From positions 64,001 through 128,000 of the forward strand of contig CAWDYC010000007.1 of the NCBI GenBank assembly GCA_963806535.1: a stretch of DNA of 64,000 nt. Direction: 5' to 3'. The notes below the pieces were generated by a model. The model ran no database searches. It was given only the letters and a program-made list of their open reading frames with translations, and had not been told where the DNA came from. This stretch comes from Candidatus Bathyarchaeota archaeon. GTDB lineage: Archaea > Thermoproteota > Bathyarchaeia > Bathyarchaeales > Bathycorpusculaceae. The position numbers were made by a program, and so were the translations under genes. Position 1 is the stretch's first letter; each line of letters begins with the position of its first letter. Shown one piece after another: positions 1 to 9,371 of the stretch.

Positions 1-2
1 CA

Positions 3-506
3 ACACCCACGTTTTTTGTTGTCACTTACCTTATGACGGAAGTTGGACTGACGTCGGTTGAAGCCGGTGGTGCATTCAGTATTTTTTTGATATCAATGAT
101 GCTTGGTGGTTATGTATGGGGGTTTATATCCGATCGTGTACCGAGAAAATATGTTGTATCGACTTGTTCCATTTTGTACGCAGTGTTACTTCTAGCCTTG
201 GTAGGCTTCGGGAAGGAAACAGAGGGTATCTATGTTATAATTGGTGCAATGGGCTTTGCAATAGGAATCCCTTCAGTGACGTTTGCAATGATTTCAGACT
301 ACTTCCCTTTAAAAGTTGTTGGAACCGCATCAGGATTAATAAATGCCATAAGCGGAGTAGGTTTCATATTGGGACCTTTAATCGCAGGAAATATAGCAAC
401 AACGACTGGAAGCTTTGTTCCAGCTTTCCAAGTAACTGCTGTAGTGGCAGTTGTGTTAGCAGTAGTATCATTAGCATTAAGACAACCAATATCTCACTCA
501 ACTTGA
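3..506 (+). CDS. MFS transporter, C-terminal part (5' truncated by window edge)
   Basis: Multiple TM helices, GFISDRVPRK (MFS motif A-like); frame open back to window start. Confidence 0.85.
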   Translation, partial: TPTFFVVTYLMTEVGLTSVEAGGAFSIFLISMMLGGYVWGFISDRVPRKYVVSTCSILYAVLLLALVGFGKETEGIYVIIGAMGFAIGIPSVTFAMISDYFPLKVVGTASGLINAISGVGFILGPLIAGNIATTTGSFVPAFQVTAVVAVVLAVVSLALRQPISHST

Positions 507-664
507 TAAGATGCACTGAAACAAACAAGGCATCAATCTGTTGCCAGTATTTCTTGTAGCAGTGCTAAATATGTCGCTTAAGCAAAATAGCTAGTTGAGA
601 CCTTCTTAACGTAAACTTTATTATGTTATCAAACCGTTTAAAACTCCAATCAAGGGAAAACGTC

Positions 665-1969
665 ATGACAAAAGTTTCAGAGCTCCAAAAAGGCAAGCCA
701 GAAGTTTACGAGACACGAGAAAATTGGCCACCCTACACTTACAGGGACTATCCGGGTATAGAACCAGAAACCTACAAAGCCTTCATGAACTTTTTAAATA
801 CTGAGAACACATCAGGCAGATTAATGGAACTCCAGCCTTGGATTTCTGTTTGCGATTCAAGATGTGCCTTCTGCTATTTCCCAACAACTGCCACAAGCAA
901 GGTAAAGATAGAACCTTACCTTGAACTGCTCAAAAAAGAATTGATGATGTACGCTAAAACCAAATATGTGAAGACGAGCATGTTTGATGAAATAGTTTTA
1001 GGCGGCGGAACACCAAGTGTCTTGGCTGCTGAGCAAATGATTGATTTAATCGACTTCTGTAAAGCAAACTTCAACATTAACAAGGAATATTTCATTAAAG
1101 TCACTGGTTCCTCAAAAACATTGGCGCTTCCAAAAATCGATAAACTGGCTAAGTATGGGGTTTATCAGATGGACATGGGCGCTCAAACCTTTGATGATAA
1201 ACTAAGAAAAAACCTATGCTTACCTGACAACGCTGCAGACGTAGAAAAAGCCATTCGGCATGCCCGAAAGCTCGACCTTTGTGTATGTGTGGATTTAATG
1301 TATAATCTTCCAGGGCAGACGATGGAAAGTTGGATCAGCACACTCAAGAAGGCAATTGAACTTGACGTCGAGATTGACGCTTACTCGTTACATGTCGATC
1401 CAGGCACCACGCTTGAAAAGATGATTAAGACAGGGGTCTCTCCTCCACCAGGTGATGCCGAATATGAAAAAGAAATGTACTTAACAGCTTACAAAATGTT
1501 GACTGGGGCTGGCTACAAGGCAGTAGGTCACGACCGTTACAGTCGCGTTGAATGGCATATGCGAGAGAACTGTTTAAACGGTTGGCCATGGGGCGGTATT
1601 TTAACAACTGGGGCAGGTTGCTTCATGGGGTATCTACAGCAGTTTTCATATTCTAACCTTGAAAACATAAACGATTACATGAACACCGTGAAAGATGGAA
1701 AACTGCCTATCAACAGGCTTTCTGAATCTACGACTGAAGACATGATGAGACGAACCATGACAAGGCTATATTTACGCCTGCCAGTCAGCAAAGAAGAGTT
1801 CATGCAAAAATTCGGAACCACACCCGAAAAAGTGTTTCCAAAGCAGCTTCAGAAACTAAAAGATAAAGGATTAATTGAAATCGACGAGAAAGAGGTTAGA
1901 TTAACCAAGTTGGGCGAAGTTTGGAAAGGCAATATCGCTTGGGAATTTGCACCTAACCAAGCAAAATAA
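665..1969 (+). CDS. Radical SAM protein, HemN/coproporphyrinogen III oxidase-like family
   Basis: CDSRCAFC cluster motif, GGGTPS, DLMYNLPGQT, HemN_C-like tail; ATG 665 preferred over 623. Confidence 0.85.
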   Translation: MTKVSELQKGKPEVYETRENWPPYTYRDYPGIEPETYKAFMNFLNTENTSGRLMELQPWISVCDSRCAFCYFPTTATSKVKIEPYLELLKKELMMYAKTKYVKTSMFDEIVLGGGTPSVLAAEQMIDLIDFCKANFNINKEYFIKVTGSSKTLALPKIDKLAKYGVYQMDMGAQTFDDKLRKNLCLPDNAADVEKAIRHARKLDLCVCVDLMYNLPGQTMESWISTLKKAIELDVEIDAYSLHVDPGTTLEKMIKTGVSPPPGDAEYEKEMYLTAYKMLTGAGYKAVGHDRYSRVEWHMRENCLNGWPWGGILTTGAGCFMGYLQQFSYSNLENINDYMNTVKDGKLPINRLSESTTEDMMRRTMTRLYLRLPVSKEEFMQKFGTTPEKVFPKQLQKLKDKGLIEIDEKEVRLTKLGEVWKGNIAWEFAPNQAK

Positions 1970-1990
1970 TTTTTTTGTTTTTTATTTAAA
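1969..1990 (+). terminator. T-rich archaeal terminator, probably bidirectional (A-tract follows) between convergent genes
   Basis: TTTTTTTGTTTTTTATTT directly after the stop codon. Confidence 0.5.
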
Positions 1991-2014
1991 CTAAAAAAGA
2001 AAAGAAAATGGGAT

Positions 2015-2698
2015 TTACTTGTGCCTCATCGGCTGTATACCATACCAGGTCATTACTTTTGCAAGAATTGGCACGATTACTCCTAAAGCAATGCTCGGAA
2101 TGAATGCTAACGTGAATCCGTACAAAAGAGAGCCAGCAGTAACAGCGCCATTTGATTCAAGCCAAAGGTTATGAGCCATAGTTCGTGCCGGTGAAAGTGA
2201 ATAATTGTAGTTCATGAATAGTTGAATTAATGCGGTAATTATTGCTGCTGTTAAGCCTGCACCAAGCATTCGTTTGAAATTTGATGAGCCATTGTTTAGT
2301 GCTCCTGCCATGTAGCCGATTACGACAGCGTTAACAAGGTAGAAAAGCATGCTTAGGTCGCCGAAGAAGTTGTAATTGACAGCTCCTGAGGAATATACTG
2401 CATAAACCGCGGTGAATTGACCCGCGTTTGCTAAGTAGTAGATGCCTCCCATGATAAAGCCTGCTGCACCACCTGCCCATTTATTCCAGAGTAAGCCCAG
2501 TACTAGTGGAATGCCTAGAACGATCATTTGAGCAAAGCCAGAGGTTAGAATAACAGCGATAACGTTTGATTCTCCGAATATATGTTGAGTTCCGCTTACG
2601 TTGACATAGACAGCCAAGAGAAAGATCAGTAATACAAGAATTAATGGTATGATTACGCCGTTGAATATGTCTGTCAGTTTAAATTTTTCTGTTTCCAA
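2015..2698 (-). CDS. Hypothetical integral membrane protein (about 6 TM, ECF S-component-like)
   Basis: Hydrophobic Gly-rich helices; lies downstream of the RnfD fusion. Confidence 0.7.
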   Translation of the reverse strand: METEKFKLTDIFNGVIIPLILVLLIFLLAVYVNVSGTQHIFGESNVIAVILTSGFAQMIVLGIPLVLGLLWNKWAGGAAGFIMGGIYYLANAGQFTAVYAVYSSGAVNYNFFGDLSMLFYLVNAVVIGYMAGALNNGSSNFKRMLGAGLTAAIITALIQLFMNYNYSLSPARTMAHNLWLESNGAVTAGSLLYGFTLAFIPSIALGVIVPILAKVMTWYGIQPMRHK

Positions 2699-2887
2699 TT
2701 TTTATCCCTTGACTTATTTACATAGTGGCAAGTTTATAAGCTTAATGCTTGAAAGCTATCGCAATAATTAGTCTAAGATTAAGAAATACTGGACTTAATT
2801 ATGCTCGCAAAAGAAATTTTTGAAATTCTTTACCCAACAAAAGTGGTCAACAAAAATAAAAAAAAGATTAGGGATTTATTTTTCAGT

Positions 2888-5044
2888 TTAAGCGTTTTCT
2901 TCTGCGCGTTTCTTTTTGAGAGTCGCCAACTTAGCTACTTCTTCTTTCTTTACTTCACCTTTAGCTAAGTCTAAGCCCTCGACCAGTTTTGCACCGACAT
3001 CTGACCGCACTATTACAGTTGAACGTCCATCTTCGCTGCCGACTGAGCCAACTGCTACATCAGCATATTTTGAAGCGAAATCAGGACAGCTTAAGCACCC
3101 TTTTTCTACAGCTGCGCCTAATTCTTTAACAGGTATTGAGTTTTCTTTTCCATCAATGACTACAATGAATTTGCCTTTGCGAATCTGAGTTTTTTCTGCT
3201 TTGTCTAGATCAACGTTTAGTAAGCGCTGTACTTCTGATTTGAGGTCTCTATAATTGAAGTCTTCGAAGCAGAACAAGCCTATCATTGTCAATTCTAGAT
3301 CTGGACAGTCACTTAGCATTTGCATCTGGATTCTTCGCGCTGCACGAATTTCGCATGGTGTACCAACAATCGCTATTTTTCGTTTACCTTTTGCAATCAA
3401 TTCGCCAAGCTTTGACATCATTCGCACTCTAACATATTTGGTGCCGCTAGCTTTGACGATGTCTTCGACGTTTTCAGCGACGTATGATTCAGCTAAGTAG
3501 CCTTGGCTTTTTCGAACTACGATTGCCGCATCAAACAAGCCTTTCTGCATACCTGAAACTAGTAATGCTGTAACCACTCCGCCGTCTTGTCCGTTATAGG
3601 AGCTTTTGGCTGAGAAAATTTCTTTGTAGACGCCTAAGTTTTCATCTTGTGTTCCGCTAAGGAATGTTTGCTCTATGACTTGTGCATCTTCTTCATTCAA
3701 TGGATAGTTGAGTATGTTGCTCTTCAGATCTATTCTTGCTGGGCAAACGTAATTGCAGCTTCCACATCCGGCGCAGAAGTCTGCGTCAAGTGCCATCAGT
3801 TCTTTTATGTTGTTTTTATCACGTGCCTGCTTAATCAATATTGGACTTAGTCTATTGCAACAGATACGCATACAAGCGCCACATCTAATGCAAGGGGTGG
3901 TTTTTACGTTTGTGAAGACTTTTCCTTTTGGTAACTTTGGTTCTTTTCCACCTTCAGCGGGTTTAAGTTTTCCTATTTTGTCAAGTTTAGGTACAGTTAG
4001 GTTCATGATGATTAATGCAACAAAGGAGGCTCCGAAGAACTGTAAGTAAGTCTGCATTAGTACGGTTATGATTGCTAAGCCGGTTCCGAAAATTGCTTGT
4101 CCTGTGTAGGTTAGAGGTGTGGTTGCAGGATCTGTTGCCATAAAGAACGCTAAGAATATTGAACTTCCGATGAACAACTCGAACAAAAGTCTAGTAGTGA
4201 GGTCTGAGTCACCATAAGCAAAAGCTAAGATCAGTGACATTACAGCGACAACTACAAGGTAGCTTACGGTTATTCTCCATTTAACGTATCTACGTGCTAT
4301 GGCGAAGAATGCTATACCAACTATGATTACTGCTATAGCTGAAGCACCGCCTGGCCAGCCGTGGAACTTATCTAAGAACATTGTCTGAAGCAAGTTGGTT
4401 GTGTCTGTAGTTGGTGCTTTGAGGTTAGCGTTAGCGAAGCAGTTGATTACATAAGAACCAAACCCTGGATATCCAGTACCTCCATTGCCATTTACGACAT
4501 TGACTAATCCAATAGGGCCTGATAGTGCAGGGACCTGAAGCACAGAGCTTTTTAGGTGATCTAATGCCAATAGCACTGTGCCAAGGAAAGGTATCATAAC
4601 AACGAATTTTGCAGCTGCAGCAGGATTAACGTATTTTCTTCCAGTGGTGCCGACAAGTTTTTTGAAAATCACTAAGCCAATTATCGAAATCAAAGCAACA
4701 TAGAGGAAACAGTCAGGTGCTTGTAAAGGAAGTACTTTATCCATGGCCATAGTAGGCATGCCGAGAGAGTAGGAGTCAGTGACAATTAATCCAAAAACAG
4801 CGGCAGACATGACATTAAGCGGGCTATCGGCGGTAACCTTGTACAATAAAGCATCAAGTCCAACGGCAAAACCTACAGCGATTATAGCATTGATACCTAA
4901 AGTAAGACCTAGATTCCAACCTGAAGGGGTTTTCTCAGCAGACCATATAATTGAGGTGATAACAGTGAGTGCGAGTAGCGCTATGAATGTGTAAATCATT
5001 AGTTTATCTTTAGTCATCGATGAATATTCTTTCGGTTTAGACAT
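2888..5044 (-). CDS. Fusion: RnfD/NqrB-like membrane domain + 2x[4Fe-4S] (RnfC C-terminal-like) + FrhB/F420-binding domain
   Basis: RnfD motifs GRKYVNPAAA and FFMATDPATTP; CIRCGACMRIC and CAGCGSCNYVCP; FrhB motifs QDGGVVTALL, VGTPCEI, IGLFC, GCLSCPDF..ADVAVGSVG. Confidence 0.85.
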   Translation of the reverse strand: MSKPKEYSSMTKDKLMIYTFIALLALTVITSIIWSAEKTPSGWNLGLTLGINAIIAVGFAVGLDALLYKVTADSPLNVMSAAVFGLIVTDSYSLGMPTMAMDKVLPLQAPDCFLYVALISIIGLVIFKKLVGTTGRKYVNPAAAAKFVVMIPFLGTVLLALDHLKSSVLQVPALSGPIGLVNVVNGNGGTGYPGFGSYVINCFANANLKAPTTDTTNLLQTMFLDKFHGWPGGASAIAVIIVGIAFFAIARRYVKWRITVSYLVVVAVMSLILAFAYGDSDLTTRLLFELFIGSSIFLAFFMATDPATTPLTYTGQAIFGTGLAIITVLMQTYLQFFGASFVALIIMNLTVPKLDKIGKLKPAEGGKEPKLPKGKVFTNVKTTPCIRCGACMRICCNRLSPILIKQARDKNNIKELMALDADFCAGCGSCNYVCPARIDLKSNILNYPLNEEDAQVIEQTFLSGTQDENLGVYKEIFSAKSSYNGQDGGVVTALLVSGMQKGLFDAAIVVRKSQGYLAESYVAENVEDIVKASGTKYVRVRMMSKLGELIAKGKRKIAIVGTPCEIRAARRIQMQMLSDCPDLELTMIGLFCFEDFNYRDLKSEVQRLLNVDLDKAEKTQIRKGKFIVVIDGKENSIPVKELGAAVEKGCLSCPDFASKYADVAVGSVGSEDGRSTVIVRSDVGAKLVEGLDLAKGEVKKEEVAKLATLKKKRAEENA

Positions 5045-5256
5045 TTTACAATCTCCTTAATTTCTGCCTTCAATTTAGGGCTAGTTGGTTTTATAAGACT
5101 TTCCCAAAACGTAATGGCAGTTCTATATTTAGTATAGAAGATATAGGAAATAGAAAAACTTTGACTCTTTTTACTTGTGATGTTAGAAAGCAAAATCTGA
5201 TAAGCAAAGCTAATACGGATAAACTGCCAAAGTCAATTTGTAAGTGAATCTTCAGC

Positions 5257-5712
5257 ATGACTAAGGCGAATAACGTTGAACTTGAAGGAACTACATTAAA
5301 CGTTTATTTACACGTGGTAAAAAAGGGCAAACCAGTAGGCCCAAGAGATGTCATGAAAGCTTTGAACCTAAGCAGCCCTAGCGTAGCCTACAGACACTTA
5401 CAGAAACTGGAAGACCTAAGCTATCTTCAAAAAAATGATTACGGCGAATACATAGCAAAAAACAAAGCACCCATAAGAGGTTACTTTTGGCTCGGTCGAC
5501 GTTTACTGCCGGTAATGTGGCGTTACTCCATTGTTTTCCTAGGCATTTTAATAGTAGAGAGTTATGTTCTTGCTGTGCATTTTCCAGTTGAGACTTATGA
5601 GTTTAAAGTTTTCTTTTTGCTGCTGATGCTCATTACCGGTTTAGCATTGATCATTTTTACAATTGAAGGATTTCTTCAAAACAAGCGTAAACGAAAAAGC
5701 ATAGATGAATAA
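5257..5712 (+). CDS. Membrane-anchored winged-HTH transcriptional regulator
   Basis: N-terminal wHTH (GPRDVMKALNLSSPSVAYRHLQKL) followed by two TM helices. Confidence 0.75.
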   Translation: MTKANNVELEGTTLNVYLHVVKKGKPVGPRDVMKALNLSSPSVAYRHLQKLEDLSYLQKNDYGEYIAKNKAPIRGYFWLGRRLLPVMWRYSIVFLGILIVESYVLAVHFPVETYEFKVFFLLLMLITGLALIIFTIEGFLQNKRKRKSIDE

Positions 5713-5833
5713 ACACCTATAAGACTGCAAATTTAGGTCTCCTAAGAAAAATAACAATTATATATTGAACCAAGCTTCCTCAGTTCACTAAGAAACAGAA
5801 AATCGGTTTCCAAGAGCAAGTTTTATATCGACT

Positions 5834-6979
5834 ATGCTAATTTACCTTGACAATGTGAATTCAATGAATAATTCAATGAATCCAATTACTGCCCCGTTAT
5901 TCATGGTTGTTTGGCGATGTACCCGCGGTTGTGTGGGCAGTTGCACATATTGTAGTTATATCAAAGAATATGCTAAAGACAAAGAACTAAACACTGAGCA
6001 AGCCAAACACATGGTTGATGAAATGGCAGAGTTCGGCTCACAATGGCTAGGAATCAGCGGCGGAGAACCCCTGATTCGACCTGACGTATGGGAAGTTATT
6101 GAATACGCAGAGAAAAAGCATGACATGAAAGTCAGCTTGATCACAAGCGGCTATGCATGGGACGAGAAACGCTTTGATTTATTGCGCAAATATGAAGTCC
6201 ACACTGCCATCAGCATTGATGGAGATAAAGAGTCAAATGACAAAATCAGGCGCAAGGGCGGCTATGACCAAGCCGTGCATGCAATGGAGAAACTTAGCAG
6301 CGTGGGCCTACTAGATTGCTTAGTTACAACCATGACTAAGTTTAATATTGACAAGATGGCTCATCCGGCTATGTTGGCGGAGAAATACAGTGCCCGCATG
6401 CTCGTTTACCATAACTTGGTTCCAGTTGGTAGAGCAGGAGAACATATGGAGGAAATAGCTCCATCACCAGAACAATACGAAACGGCATTCAACGAAATCT
6501 ATGATATCCAACGCAAACTCTACGGAAAAGTAAAAGTCAACGTCTACGCACCCTTCTACGCCCGTATCGTACGCCAAAAAAACCCAGTTGACTTCTGGCA
6601 ATGGTACAATGAAGGCTACCTCGGTAAATGTACCATCGGCGGCAACTACATTGGCATAACCGAAAACGGCGACTACCGAAGCTGCGGCTTCCACGAAGGC
6701 TACCGTATCGGCAACGTCAAAGACAAGAAACTGCGCACCGCATGGGATGAATTACAGAAGAGCGAACTGCACCTAAAGTTGCGCGACAAAAACAACCTCA
6801 AAGGCAGATGCGGAATTTGTGAGTACCGAGAAATCTGCGGCGGATGCCGAACACGCGCTGAATACTATACAGGCGACCTATTCGAATCAGATCCAGCATG
6901 CAATTACATACCTAAGGTGCTCCGCGAAGACCCCAAAATACTTGAAGAAATGCGCAAAACCGCGTGCAAAAAACAATAA
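5834..6979 (+). CDS. Radical SAM/SPASM domain protein (Ahb/NirJ/PqqE-like)
   Basis: CVGSCTYC motif, SGGEPL, SPASM CGICEYREICGGCR...DPAC; true start may be 5864 or 5876. Confidence 0.85.
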   Translation: MLIYLDNVNSMNNSMNPITAPLFMVVWRCTRGCVGSCTYCSYIKEYAKDKELNTEQAKHMVDEMAEFGSQWLGISGGEPLIRPDVWEVIEYAEKKHDMKVSLITSGYAWDEKRFDLLRKYEVHTAISIDGDKESNDKIRRKGGYDQAVHAMEKLSSVGLLDCLVTTMTKFNIDKMAHPAMLAEKYSARMLVYHNLVPVGRAGEHMEEIAPSPEQYETAFNEIYDIQRKLYGKVKVNVYAPFYARIVRQKNPVDFWQWYNEGYLGKCTIGGNYIGITENGDYRSCGFHEGYRIGNVKDKKLRTAWDELQKSELHLKLRDKNNLKGRCGICEYREICGGCRTRAEYYTGDLFESDPACNYIPKVLREDPKILEEMRKTACKKQ

Positions 6980-7042
6980 ACTCTTTTTTGTTTCCTTCAA
7001 TTTTATTTCTAATTATCTCGTAATCAATCAAAATTTTTAGTT

Positions 7043-9363
7043 TCAGGTTTGTGTTTGGTTAAAGTTATTCAGAATTTTGAAGATGTCATAACGGTCGTTT
7101 GAGTAGATTAGTTGCAGAAATTTGCAGCGAATCATGTTAGGATCAAGTTGGTTTTTGTCATAAACTATGAATTCAATGTTGTTTTCGGCAATGTAATTTT
7201 TGTAATCTCTTGAAGATACTGTAAATTGGTCAGGTTTGTAGTTAAAGAGGCTTTGCAGATTGTTTTGCTGCAGTGCCGGGAAACTGTTTTTGGTAAGAGT
7301 TAGAACTTGGTATTGCCGTGCAATTGTCTGGTTGGCGTTAATTTCGTTGAATTGATATTGGAATCTTACAGCATCTATCTGCCTGTTTGTCAAGGCACCG
7401 ACGTTTCCCCAGTCGGGTAAATCGGTGAAGTTAAAAGCATATGCAAGCTGATTTTTGTCGTCGTAGAGTCCTATGTAATTATCCGTTGAATCAGAGTTCG
7501 TAAAAGGTGCAACCGCCCATTCTTTTCCAACTGGACCACCAATAATTTTTGAAGGCAACGTCCCATGGATTAATCCAATTCATAAGTTGAGGTATCTGAG
7601 CTTTCTCAAAGTCAAATTGAAGATTAAAAGAAGTTGTCAAATACAGAATCACGTTGGATATGTCGCTTTGCAAGGGGTGTTACTGCCCAAGATATACCTA
7701 TCGCGTAACTGTCATTTTGAACAAGCATTGTTTGCGTTAAGTCTACATAATCGTTCGAGTATGTCAACGTTAAATTCTTTGGGTAGCTTTGGTCATTAAA
7801 AGAAATTTCTTTTTTCAAATCAGATAAAGGAAACGTGCAGTTTTTGCCGTTTTGTATAAAGGAAAGAAAATCTCCGTCACTTTTAGAAACTGATATTTGA
7901 TACCACACTTGATCTATCGAGACATAATTTTCGTCGGTAACTAAACCTTTAGCTTCGTAGGCTCTTATCAAGTTTTGCGGATCTTGGATTTCATAAGATA
8001 AACTCAAAACTGATTCCGCAATTTCTGTTCTTTGAACAGTCGGATCAGTTTGCGCAATTATGTTTTTTCCCGAAAAGGTTGAAAACCAAAAGCCCGGAAT
8101 TTCTGTGACGACGGCTGTGGCGTTACCCGGATAGTTTTGGCTTAGCCAGACTCCTGCATCACAGGCTTTTATGTCAGTTGTCGAGTAGTAAACGCTAGCT
8201 TCCATGATTTTTCCATACACTGTGTCTGAACGAAAAACAAGAGATAATGAGAACAAAATGATTATAGTAATAGTCAGGATTTTTAACCAATTTTTCCTAA
8301 AGATTTGTCTATTTTTGGAGTAAGATGCTTCGAATTTATCCATTATGAAGACAAGAGTAACCCCAGCAAAAATTGCCATCGGGGGCGTCAAGTAATAAAT
8401 GAACCACTGAAATGGCATAAAAAAACCAATCAGGTAAGATTCAGCAAAAAATAGAGGAACAAAAAAACTAAGCATCAAAATAAGATAAAAAATTGGTTTC
8501 TTCTTTTGTTTTAAAATGTAGTAGGAGAGGATTATTCCAGCTAAAGCAAAGAAGAAAATAAAGCCGAAATTTTCTATGAAAGAACTGAAATTTACGTATG
8601 GAATTTGGTAAGCGTAAGTTTTTATCTCAAAAAATACGTATTTTATTACTAAGTCAAGGTAACCTATCATCGCTTGAAAATAATAAAGGAAGAAAGCAAT
8701 TCCCCCGCCTAAAATAAGAGCTATTATAACTTTAAGGTATGAGCCTCTAGATTTTATTAACATGAAAAGGAGAACTGGAGGTAATATGAAAACGGCAAGG
8801 AAGGCAGCAAGCTGATGAGACAATACTAGGGAAAACGCAGCAAAAAAAGCCACCATAAGGTATCCAAAATGCTCTGCTGCTAAAGTAGAATAAAGTAAAA
8901 CTAAAAGCATAAACACCAGAGCAAGAACCGTGGTGTAACCGCCAAACGCATTTACCTCATACATAGGAACACACATCAACAACAAAACGGCCGCGACAGC
9001 GCCGACTTTTTTACTGAAAAATTTACTTGCAACTAGGTAAACGGAGAGGAAAAGAAGCCAATCAATTATCACCGCTAAAGCCTTTACCAAAAAAATTAGT
9101 TGCCCAATATTACTTGCGCCACTTAAAGAAATGAACATTGCAAGAACAAGTTCGTAAAGCGGAGGAGTCCAACCTAAGTTAACTAAAGGTATTTTTCCTG
9201 TTTCAAGGAAGATTTGGGCTTTCTTCAAATGCACGGAAGAGTCATTTCCTAAAACCACACCATTCATTGAAATAAAGGTAAAGAAAATGCTGAAAATTAG
9301 GACTGAGAAAACTATGATAAACAGGATTTCAATTTGTCGCTCTTTGGACAATTTACCCATCAA
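7043..9363 (-). pseudogene. Large multi-TM GT-C-like (membrane glycosyltransferase) protein, paralog of the upstream gene, broken by two +1 frameshifts (pseudogene or sequencing error)
   Basis: ORFs 7624-9363, 7491-7673 and 7043-7558 join after removing one base near 7675 and one near 7558; C-terminus parallels the paralog (NNIEFIVYD...IYSNDRYDIFKI vs NNVSYIVCR...VFINSEIAIFKV). Confidence 0.7.
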
Positions 9364-9371
9364 GGTTACAG

